Source: an uncultured Micrococcales bacterium
Lineage (GTDB): Bacteria; Actinomycetota; Actinomycetes; S36-B12; UBA10799
DNA length: 50,245 nt
Direction of reading: 5' to 3'
Assembly: GCA_937952095.1 (NCBI GenBank)
Contig: CALFYG010000327.1
Location: 1 to 50,245, forward strand
Of the stretch, positions 32,501-39,744 are shown piece by piece (the stretch's first letter is position 1; each line of letters opens with the position of its first letter). The position numbers were made by a program, and so were the translations under genes. Below the pieces are notes generated by a model. It made no database searches and had not been told where the DNA came from. It saw only the letters and a program-made list of their open reading frames with translations.

Positions 32501-35500
32501 GGGGAGCAGACGGCGACCCTCGGGGCGATCCAACTCGTCAACGGCGCCATGACCGGACCGGAGCTTCCTGACGGGCTGGTCGACAGTCTGCGGGCCGGGG
32601 ACCTGTCGGCGCTCAACCACAACCCGGCCGAGAGCGGCTCGTTCTTCCAGACGGGTGCGCCGTTCTCGGACGCCCAGGCCGGTGGCGACATGGCGGCGGC
32701 TGTCCGTCGGGTGGCGATGGCGATGGGGCCGGGGCCGGACCGGGTCAACTTCATGGCCGACGCGTTCGACGCCATCGACACCTACGACTTCGGTGGCGAG
32801 TGGGACGGGATCTCGGTGTGGGATCCGACGTCCGAGGCCTACACGAAGCGACCGTTCACCGACAACGAGAAGGCGGTTGTCAGGGCGGCGTTCAAAGTGG
32901 GGCTCGCTCGGGACATGGGGATCGTGGGCACCACCCCCGCCATGGAGTCGGTCCCGTTCCAGGGCCACAAGCTGGTGTACGAAGGCCCGTCCGACATCAA
33001 GGTCGACCTGTCCAACTTCGGTGCCGAGCAGCGGATACCTGGCCGGTTCCGCATGGTCGACGCCGACACCCCGGCCGCCGACGTGTTCCCCGACCGCACC
33101 CCAAGGGTCGCCGAACGGGACGACGTGGTCGACACGGGCCGTGTGATGAAAGACGTGACCGAGGGTGACATCCTCGTCCACGACGGACGGATGGTGATCG
33201 TCACGTCCTACGACTGGCCCGACGGCGTCGGCGACGACGTGACCGTGTGGGCCAACGACGCCCTCACCGGCGACCCGCTGGAGTGGGAGTCGACCGGCGG
33301 TGAAGTCATGCCGGTCGTGCCCGGCAGCCCGGGCCTGGTCGACACCACCGACGTGCAGCCCGGCATGATGATCGCCCACCCGGAAACGGGTGAACGGGTG
33401 CTGGTGTCGCGCCTGTTGCCGCAGTCGGATTGGGATGAGAACGAGATCGAAGTGGTCACCGCTCCCGGTCAGCCGCCGACAACTGTGCGGACGACGATGG
33501 ACCAGCTCGTCGTGTTCGGTGACGACGACGCCGGATGGGCGAGCGTGTCGGCATCGTCGGTCGCTCCCGGCGACCGGGTCCAGACGTTCTACTCGGGCAC
33601 GACGGTGGTCGGCACAGTCACCGCCGCCACCAAGAACGACGACGGCGGGGTCGATCTCGACATCACTTTCGACACCCCCGTGTACGGCGACACCGAAGCG
33701 TCCCTCTGGTTCGACGACGGCGACGAGATCGACAAGCTGACGTTCGCAGCGTCGGGCAGCGCCGTGTACCGGGAAGTGTCCACCGGGGACCTTCGACCCG
33801 GGATGACCATGTTCGACTGGGCGAAGTTCGGCAGCGACGACGACCGGTTCACAATCACGGACGCCAAGCAGAAGAGCGACGGGTCGTGGGCCGTGTCAGG
33901 CACTTGGCAGGACGGCGACCCTGACACTGTCGTCTTGCAGGACGGGGCGACGGTCAAGGTGCTCCCCACCCCGCCAACGCCTACCGCTGCGAAACCGACC
34001 ATCAAGGCGGTGGGTTCACCGTCGGGATCCGGGTGGTCGACACCGAAGGCGATCAAGGCGGGGACGGCGTTCTGGTCCGGCGGGCAGTGGTACGGAGCCA
34101 CCAGGGACGCCGAGATCCGCGACGACGACTGGTACGAGGTGGAAGCGACCCCGTTGTTCGGCGGCGGGGCGACAACGACCCTCAAGGGCGCTCCGTCGGA
34201 TAGCCCGTCGTTCCTGGTGGACGGCAAGGTGCGGGCCATGCAAGCCGACCAGCTCTATCCGGGCATGCAGGTCGACCTGGCCGGGGACGGACAGATGCGG
34301 ACGATCGGGCTCGTCGCCCATGACGGCGACACGGTGAAGATCAAGTTGGGGCCGTCGACATCCAAGGACAAGATCCGCGACGTGACGTTGGACGGGTCGT
34401 CGGTCGTCGCCACCGTGCTCCCGACCCCCATCACCAAGGCCGAAGTCAAGGTCGGTGACGTGATCGTCAGCCCCAAGGGTCCTGTCGTCGCCATCACGCC
34501 CGGGTCGGAGTCCGCGCTGGCGTTCGGCCCGGATTCCGAGCCGTTCCAGCTCACCAGGCCGGATGCCGGGTGGACGATGCTCGGCAACGCGACGGCACGG
34601 GGCGATTCCCTGCGCCGTGCGGACGAGCTGATCCCCGGTGACCCGGTGCGGATTCCGTCGTCTGGGATTGGTGTTGTGGAGTCCGTAGCCCCAGGAGCGG
34701 GGACCAATGTGGATATCACGTTCACCAATGGTCAGACCATCTCCATGTTCTCGGCCAGAGGGGTGTCGCTTGCCGGGACTCCCGTCCTGTGGCCCGACGT
34801 GGTTCCGGGCACCGAGGTCGGTGGCCGTGACGTCGCGAACGTCGAACATCTCGGCGGGGGTGTCGTCCGGGTCGACTGGGCGGACGGTGACCCGCAAGTG
34901 TTCGGCCCGCACGACGTGGCCCGGGTGACGAGGTCGCCGAACCCCGCAACGGTCGCCGTTCCCACGGCGCCAATACCCGTTCTCGACAACGAGAAAGTGG
35001 CGCTCGGGAAGTTCATGTACCTGGGCAGCAGCTTCGGGCTTGTCACCAAGGTTGCCGCGACGGAGGGCAATGGGCTGACCGTCACCCTGCAGACAGACGA
35101 GGGTCTGCTCGACGTGCCCGGCATCGGACCGGGCGGGTCGACCCTCGCCCTGCTCGGCATCGGCGAGAACGACGACATGATCCCGGTCGGGTCGGTGCGG
35201 GCCGGTGACGTGATCGTGGACACCGACGGCCTGCCACACTACGTCGAGGTGGTGGCACCGTCAGGGTCGACCACGGTGAAGCTCACGCTCGCCGACAGTG
35301 CCGTGCCCGTGTTCGTCGATTCCGGCGAACAGGTGATCCGGGTGGACAGCGGCCCGGACGGGGACGACATCCCCAACCCGCAGGACATCGCCGTGACCCC
35401 GGAGAAGGTCGGGACGGGCCACTACAGGAAGCTGGCCGATGACGTCACCCGTGACATGCTCGACAACGGCGACATCCGGGTCTGGACCCCGAGCGTCGCT

Positions 35501-35881
35501 CGCCGGTCCTTGACGCCGACCGAAGCGTCGATATGGACCCCCGACGACTGGTGGGGGGGCTACGTCCTGGCCCGCAAGTACAACAAGTACCGGGGGACGT
35601 TCCGCGGCTACGTGGACGAGGTGATGTCGAGGCCCGACACCCCCGCACCCGGCCACGCTTCGGTGGGGATAGCGAAGGCGGCCGAGGAGAAAGCGGCCGA
35701 GGACTCCCTCCCCTGGAGCGTCGGCGACGTCGTGACCGACGAGTGGGGGATCACCCCGGACGGCGGACCGGTGAAGGTGTCCAAGGTCAGCGGGTGGACC
35801 GTGAAGTTTGAGGATCCGACCACCGGGGCGTACCTTGGCACCAAGGTGATCACCCCACCGGCCATTGCACTGGCCGAGTGA
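29534..35881 (+). CDS. Polyvalent-type protein with an R-S-ExE ADP-ribosyltransferase-like domain and a C-terminal array of SH3-like repeats (paralog 2, 2115 aa)
   Basis: ATG 29534 lies 1 nt after the upstream stop. N-terminus VWHDPGNGQFA. ART-like region ~31855-32375: DGLLDTQNGSWADSSQS, ITYRG (Arg 32144-32146), YSEHEVVTMG (E-x-E 32348-32356). About a dozen short beta-rich repeats at 33140-35350. Confidence 0.65.
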   Translation: MAYDKLGVWHDPGNGQFAKPGFSSAKALALKTMREVIGAMTRDRVKDRHRDWVILRTDLLADYDLHAGDVVDARFVDDDWAQVTVSDPDTGFDRVVKVPWSSFDDGWESEWGPSPVRPDRDLTWKPSALADGKMSKATSSELVDGTTVRVHTAAGGVVDIVTRDEHQAEAVKGLLDNEMAGDDGLPVWEFNGIPQRSFRWTDNIASNLAILDHRGRVRVLDDNNGGRRVEIGSPPGQPPTVVTITPTSVTSSYGTGDGFSWLAPERNPAASVDDLADAAVAVAPIAPSLMSQGIPVAPTVTPDGMRFGDWLFSFKEVQDAAIGARNHLNPSSGVISVLFPKADFDVGMGVRYEGLNPDNPVGYVGTFDVDRVEDVDGVWAVALKGGTSLAFTGMDAAEVPEADALAAVERVTDGLPTFDRLDVAIGSLPFDKLTDPDPDPDTVAWMRGALVSASTATLGTPPMAYDAGDGQVLSLGGKPWGGTTLWRDKATGDVFYRYAKHPDGTPGPVNGTVLATGTTEEQARSILYGWSNGLDPSIGAAIVEQGGSISRTGRIRTGDGRTLTPDSFLAELSAWAMAGEGREGVAKLAPTVADFSSPTAFAAFGERALRVGADTPDSKLGDIVINAPSGATWASDDVDLARQKAWLSHFPVLDTFKAAIRADLDTPDGLTEEERTQVVRDRVSRTLGMFNRQRNIQLDSALARWNMDMFTVVDNANQQAGAASDKGRAALESEVVADIGLPEGLTVDEKVDRLLDRLDTLTLNDGRPAVAGIIDGLLDTQNGSWADSSQSNQATALQFAALDLQGPDVTGGFNSWKKWSDKRAEDNDYNRGFTAGQMMMARLMVASTYTLTQSDLDKRGFGPDDVVITYRGSDEPQFQMASTAGSFGDRMWVQTNPLAATASTYASSFKNGGKVVVAQRVPRSKIFATAATGTGTYSEHEVVTMGAPDGYLSALADAYPTRPDIEDVLRHTDDLSDVVNVDAIHDLPSGEQTATLGAIQLVNGAMTGPELPDGLVDSLRAGDLSALNHNPAESGSFFQTGAPFSDAQAGGDMAAAVRRVAMAMGPGPDRVNFMADAFDAIDTYDFGGEWDGISVWDPTSEAYTKRPFTDNEKAVVRAAFKVGLARDMGIVGTTPAMESVPFQGHKLVYEGPSDIKVDLSNFGAEQRIPGRFRMVDADTPAADVFPDRTPRVAERDDVVDTGRVMKDVTEGDILVHDGRMVIVTSYDWPDGVGDDVTVWANDALTGDPLEWESTGGEVMPVVPGSPGLVDTTDVQPGMMIAHPETGERVLVSRLLPQSDWDENEIEVVTAPGQPPTTVRTTMDQLVVFGDDDAGWASVSASSVAPGDRVQTFYSGTTVVGTVTAATKNDDGGVDLDITFDTPVYGDTEASLWFDDGDEIDKLTFAASGSAVYREVSTGDLRPGMTMFDWAKFGSDDDRFTITDAKQKSDGSWAVSGTWQDGDPDTVVLQDGATVKVLPTPPTPTAAKPTIKAVGSPSGSGWSTPKAIKAGTAFWSGGQWYGATRDAEIRDDDWYEVEATPLFGGGATTTLKGAPSDSPSFLVDGKVRAMQADQLYPGMQVDLAGDGQMRTIGLVAHDGDTVKIKLGPSTSKDKIRDVTLDGSSVVATVLPTPITKAEVKVGDVIVSPKGPVVAITPGSESALAFGPDSEPFQLTRPDAGWTMLGNATARGDSLRRADELIPGDPVRIPSSGIGVVESVAPGAGTNVDITFTNGQTISMFSARGVSLAGTPVLWPDVVPGTEVGGRDVANVEHLGGGVVRVDWADGDPQVFGPHDVARVTRSPNPATVAVPTAPIPVLDNEKVALGKFMYLGSSFGLVTKVAATEGNGLTVTLQTDEGLLDVPGIGPGGSTLALLGIGENDDMIPVGSVRAGDVIVDTDGLPHYVEVVAPSGSTTVKLTLADSAVPVFVDSGEQVIRVDSGPDGDDIPNPQDIAVTPEKVGTGHYRKLADDVTRDMLDNGDIRVWTPSVARRSLTPTEASIWTPDDWWGGYVLARKYNKYRGTFRGYVDEVMSRPDTPAPGHASVGIAKAAEEKAAEDSLPWSVGDVVTDEWGITPDGGPVKVSKVSGWTVKFEDPTTGAYLGTKVITPPAIALAE

Positions 35882-35896
35882 CCGAGGAGGGATCTC

Positions 35897-36154
35897 ATGA
35901 CCCTGATCCACGACTTCAACGACCCCGAACCAACGCTGCCCCGCACCCTGCACGGTTTCCTGGCCCTGCCCGGATTCGATCCGGCCCCCGTCTGGTCCTA
36001 CGCCGGGGTCACCCCGGACGACACCGTGTTCGTCGGTGACCCGTCCGACCCGGACAACCTGGTGACCACCGACATCGTGGCGGTGGCGCTGTCGCCATAC
36101 TTCCGCCAGCCGGGCGACGTCGACACCGTGCCCGCTTCTCTGCGCCGCCACTGA
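35897..36154 (+). CDS. Hypothetical 85-aa protein homologous to the C-terminal module of the 21610 protein
   Basis: GFDPAPVW..TVFVGDPSDPDNL..IVAVALSPYF aligns with GFAPTPVW..TVYVGDAP..DPDGL..AVVMASPVF at 25249-25410. GAGGAGGG RBS is present. Confidence 0.5.
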   Translation: MTLIHDFNDPEPTLPRTLHGFLALPGFDPAPVWSYAGVTPDDTVFVGDPSDPDNLVTTDIVAVALSPYFRQPGDVDTVPASLRRH

Positions 36155-36182
36155 TACGTCCGACTGACATGATGGGGCCACC

Positions 36183-38708
36183 ATGGCCGACCAGACCGAT
36201 CTCATGGACGTGGCCGTCGACTCGGCCGTCGCCGCTTTCGACGTGTTCGTCGCCGGGGAAACCGAGGACGGGTCGCGCCTACTGACGTTCGACCCGCGGA
36301 CCCCCGTGTCGGCGACGGTCGTGTGGCGCGAGGGTGCCCCGGACGCCCTGTTGACGGTCGCCCAGGTGGAGCAGGAGACGCCGGGGATCGTCTGGTACGC
36401 CCTCCCTCCGCCAGCGGTTGCTCCCCGCACCGCAGCCGCCGATGCGCCGCCCGAGGATGCGGCACCGGTCGAAGCCCCCAAGGTGGACGAGGCGCTCGTT
36501 GCCCGCCAGCAGGCCACGCTGGACGAGGTCGAGGAACGCATCGGTGAGATCGAGGGCCGGGTCGCTGCCGTCATGTTGCGGTCCATGACCGACGAACTGT
36601 TCGACGGCGACGAACCCGAGGCGGACGATGACGGCGAGGCCAAGACGGCGTCGGCCGGGTTCGTCGAACCGCTCGGCCTTGTCCTGGCCCGCTTGGCCGC
36701 TCTCGGCGAACCGGGCAATGAGGCGGTCGAGGTTCGTATCGAGGAACTGTCGGGACGGCTCGACGCCTTGGAAGCGGCGGTCGCCGACCTGCTCGCCGAC
36801 AGTGGCCCGGACGAGGATCTCGACCTGCCTGATCCGACGGCGACGACCGTGGACGAGACGCTACCCCGCGACGAACAGGGCGGTGGCCATATTGCTGCGG
36901 CGGGGAGGCCGAAGCCCCGCCCTTTTGACCCGTCGAAGTTCCGCCCGGGGCGTCCGGTCGACGCCGACGGTGACGGGTTCGTCTATGACGGCACGATCCG
37001 TCAGCGGCCTGCCCTGCCGCCGCTGCCCAGGGGGAAGGGTGACCGTCTGGACATCCGCGCCCCGGGTGAGTGGGATGACAGGGTGAGGACCCCGGTGCGG
37101 GAGAAGGCCGGTCGCTCTCGCGGCCAGTGGGTCGAGGTCCAAGAGTCGGACCACACGCTGGCCTTGCCGGACGGCCGCCGGGTGAGCGTCAACGTGTCCG
37201 GCGAGTCCGCCCGACGCCACGTGCTGTCAACCCCGACGGTGTCGACCGGCCGCAAGGGTGAGGGCATCGAGGTGAGGGGCCGACTCCGCACCGGCGAAGC
37301 GACGTGGATGGTGGTCGACGGCGACCAGACCTTCCACGGCAAGGTGCTGACATCCAGCTTCCACTTGGTGGCCGACGAGCTGGAGATGCAGCCGGACGAG
37401 TCGCTGGAGCATTTCCGCGAGCGGGCCAAGAAGTGGGCCGTGGACCGGGCGACGAAGCGGTACCCGTTCTCGGTGGGCGACACGGTCGACGGCGGCGGTA
37501 AGCGGTGGACGGTCACCGGGTACACCGAGTCCGGCAACCCACTGGTGCGACCGATCGACTCGACCAGTGGCAAGTCTCGGGCGATGTTGGCCGACAAGCT
37601 CATCAAGGTGGTCGACCCCGACGACGTGGTGGAACCAGGCAAGCCGGACGGTCTGGCCTTGCGGCCACCACCAGCGTTCGACGTGGACGCCTTCGTCGCC
37701 GACCATCCCCGCCAGCCGGGCGAGAACTTCTTCGACTGGCAGGGCCGCATCGTCGCCGACCTGCCGCCGCAGTTGCAGTCCGACGTGCTGTTCAAGACCC
37801 GCGAGGTCTACCCGCCGTCCAGGTTCATCGCCGACGGGATCGCCCGCTGGCAGACCGAACACGGGCTGCCGCCGCTGCCCGACAACCTGATCGACACGCC
37901 GGTCGACTTGGAAGAGGCCGACGACGTGGCTCGCTTCTTCGAAGGCGCACCGGACATGTCCGACGACCCGGACGTGCGGGCTGCCTACGAGGACTTCAAG
38001 GCACAGTCGGCCGAGCAGTGGGACTTCATGACCCGACCCGAATCGGAGGGCGGGATGGGGATCACCGTCGACTTCACCGACCAGGTGGACCCGTATGCGA
38101 CGGCCGAAGAGCAACGCAACGACCTGGAGCAGAACCACCACTTGACGATCCAGTCGGGGCTCGGTGGCGACCATTCCGGCACGATGACCCAAGAAGAGTA
38201 CGACCGGTTCCGAGCGGTCCACGACGTGTTCGGACACGCCGGGATCGGGTCCGGTTTCGATCGGCACGGCGAGTACGAGGCGTGGCTTGTTCACGCTGCG
38301 ATGTACCGCGGCCAGGGTCGCCGGGCGATGTCGACCGAGTACCACGGCGTCAACTCGGCCATGTGGACGGGGGCTCCGGGTTCGCCGGGGACCGGCAAGT
38401 CTGTGCTGCTGCCCGACGAGTTCGGCGAGCCGCCGTGGTTGCGGGCCGACAAGCTGGGCGGCTATTCGGACTCGTACCTGTTGCAGCTCTGGTACTCGAA
38501 GGATCAGACCCCCCAGTTGCGGGCAGAGCTTGTCCGTCGGGGGATCTTGCCGAAGGCGGCCGCCGTGGACGATGTGGACGATGAATCGCAGCCCGACTCG
38601 TCCGACCCGGTCGACCGGCTGATCGAACTGCTGGGCCTGACAGACAAGTTCGCAGCCCTGTTCGACACCCTGCCGCTGCACGAACTACCGGAGGACGAGG
38701 ACCGATGA
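36183..38708 (+). CDS. Large head-module protein (841 aa): acidic/coiled-coil N-terminus, DxDxDG motif, SH3-like unit, C-terminal HDxFGH domain
   Basis: DADGDGFVYDGT at 36960-36995. C-terminal FRAVHDVFGHAGIGSGFDRHGEYEAWLVHAAMY is not assignable to a named family from memory. Confidence 0.55.
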   Translation: MADQTDLMDVAVDSAVAAFDVFVAGETEDGSRLLTFDPRTPVSATVVWREGAPDALLTVAQVEQETPGIVWYALPPPAVAPRTAAADAPPEDAAPVEAPKVDEALVARQQATLDEVEERIGEIEGRVAAVMLRSMTDELFDGDEPEADDDGEAKTASAGFVEPLGLVLARLAALGEPGNEAVEVRIEELSGRLDALEAAVADLLADSGPDEDLDLPDPTATTVDETLPRDEQGGGHIAAAGRPKPRPFDPSKFRPGRPVDADGDGFVYDGTIRQRPALPPLPRGKGDRLDIRAPGEWDDRVRTPVREKAGRSRGQWVEVQESDHTLALPDGRRVSVNVSGESARRHVLSTPTVSTGRKGEGIEVRGRLRTGEATWMVVDGDQTFHGKVLTSSFHLVADELEMQPDESLEHFRERAKKWAVDRATKRYPFSVGDTVDGGGKRWTVTGYTESGNPLVRPIDSTSGKSRAMLADKLIKVVDPDDVVEPGKPDGLALRPPPAFDVDAFVADHPRQPGENFFDWQGRIVADLPPQLQSDVLFKTREVYPPSRFIADGIARWQTEHGLPPLPDNLIDTPVDLEEADDVARFFEGAPDMSDDPDVRAAYEDFKAQSAEQWDFMTRPESEGGMGITVDFTDQVDPYATAEEQRNDLEQNHHLTIQSGLGGDHSGTMTQEEYDRFRAVHDVFGHAGIGSGFDRHGEYEAWLVHAAMYRGQGRRAMSTEYHGVNSAMWTGAPGSPGTGKSVLLPDEFGEPPWLRADKLGGYSDSYLLQLWYSKDQTPQLRAELVRRGILPKAAAVDDVDDESQPDSSDPVDRLIELLGLTDKFAALFDTLPLHELPEDEDR

Positions 38709-39454
38709 GCCTCATGGTCGAGGACCGGTTGGTCGTTTCGGAGCGGGCCTACGCCGAAGCTCTCATCGCCGGACACGGCGCCCGCCAGGCGGGCGTCGGG
38801 ATTCCCGGGTTCCTCAAGCGCCGTCGTGAACTGACCCCGGCCGAACTGCTCCAGCGCCGCGAAGCCGCTCTCGCATCTGCCCGCAAGCGCCGCAAGATGC
38901 GCCAGTCGGGGATCCGCAAGGCCCGCCGTCGACTCGCCGACATGCAACGGGCCGAGACGAACGCCCGGGCGAAAGCCCAACGCAAAGACGCCTGGAAGCA
39001 GCTGCGTCACTCGGCCCGTCACGCCACCGAACACGCACTCGTCGGGGAGGGACCGTTCGCCATGATTGCCCCCGAGGAGTACGGGCCGATCAGCGGCGAC
39101 GTCAGAACGTCCTACAACCCAAACGTCCCCGTCCCGCCGGAACGACTTCGGGCGATGCGGAAGGCCGCCGAGAAGCGAGCGTTCGAACGGTTGAAGTGGT
39201 CGAGGCCCCGCACCGCCGGGGTCGGACGCCCGAGCCCCCTTTCGACACCGAAAGAGATTGCTGGTAGCCACGCCCACCATCCGCACGGGCCGTCGATCCG
39301 TTGGCCCGCCCTGTACGAGCACCTGCGAGCCAAGGGCATGACCAAGGCCAAGGCGGCGCAGATATCCAACGGCATGTGGCGCAAGAAGCACGGCCTGCCA
39401 CCCAAGTCCGTGCCGGGCACCAAGGGTCTGGTCGGCATCGGAAAGGTGGCGTGA
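38705..39454 (+). CDS. Highly basic protein (scaffold-like or internal DNA-associated protein)
   Basis: ATGA overlap with the upstream gene. Arg/Lys-rich helices. Shares the L(S/T)PAEL.QR..AAL.SA.KRR motif with the protease C-terminus. Two genes upstream of the capsid gene (the 39456 ORF lies between). Confidence 0.5.
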   Translation: MSLMVEDRLVVSERAYAEALIAGHGARQAGVGIPGFLKRRRELTPAELLQRREAALASARKRRKMRQSGIRKARRRLADMQRAETNARAKAQRKDAWKQLRHSARHATEHALVGEGPFAMIAPEEYGPISGDVRTSYNPNVPVPPERLRAMRKAAEKRAFERLKWSRPRTAGVGRPSPLSTPKEIAGSHAHHPHGPSIRWPALYEHLRAKGMTKAKAAQISNGMWRKKHGLPPKSVPGTKGLVGIGKVA

Positions 39455-39455
39455 C

Positions 39456-39662
39456 ATGGGGTCATGTTGCGGTGGTGCTCCGGCGGCGGTGATCGACCCG
39501 TTCCGGGCCGGGGACGAAGGCTGGACGGTCATCTATCCGCACGAAGCTCAGCGGCTGTTCCCGTCGGAGGAAACGGCCCGGGCGTTCATGGACTCGTCGC
39601 ACTTGCGGGGCCGGTTCACGCTGGTGTCCCCGGACGGCGATGTTGTCGTCGTCCCCGATTGA
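39456..39662 (+). CDS. Hypothetical small protein
   Basis: ATG lies 1 nt after the upstream stop. Good GC3 bias. No family recognised. Confidence 0.45.
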   Translation: MGSCCGGAPAAVIDPFRAGDEGWTVIYPHEAQRLFPSEETARAFMDSSHLRGRFTLVSPDGDVVVVPD

Positions 39663-39744
39663 TCGTTTCTGGCACATCCGCCCGGAAGGATGACACCCGT
39701 AATCGGGGTGATCCCGAACGGCTCGCCACAGGAGACACAGGCAC

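Noticed and set aside
29918-33379. Very long antisense and alternative-frame ORFs in block B. Examples: 29918..33379(-) at 1153 aa, 39616..41556(-), 12331..14187(-), 11624..13177(-), 20250..22067(-), 27535..28908(-) and 35261..36718(-).
   Set aside because: Their translations are Arg/Pro/Gly/His-rich low-complexity strings, typical of out-of-frame reading of GC3-saturated genes. Each is fully covered by a + strand ORF with recognisable domains. Long stop-free shadows are expected at this GC content.
38705-39454. Calling the basic 249-aa protein a bona fide scaffolding protein.
   Set aside because: Only position and charge support this. The capsid gene already carries a delta-like N-terminal domain, so the call is left as scaffold-like or internal protein at low confidence.
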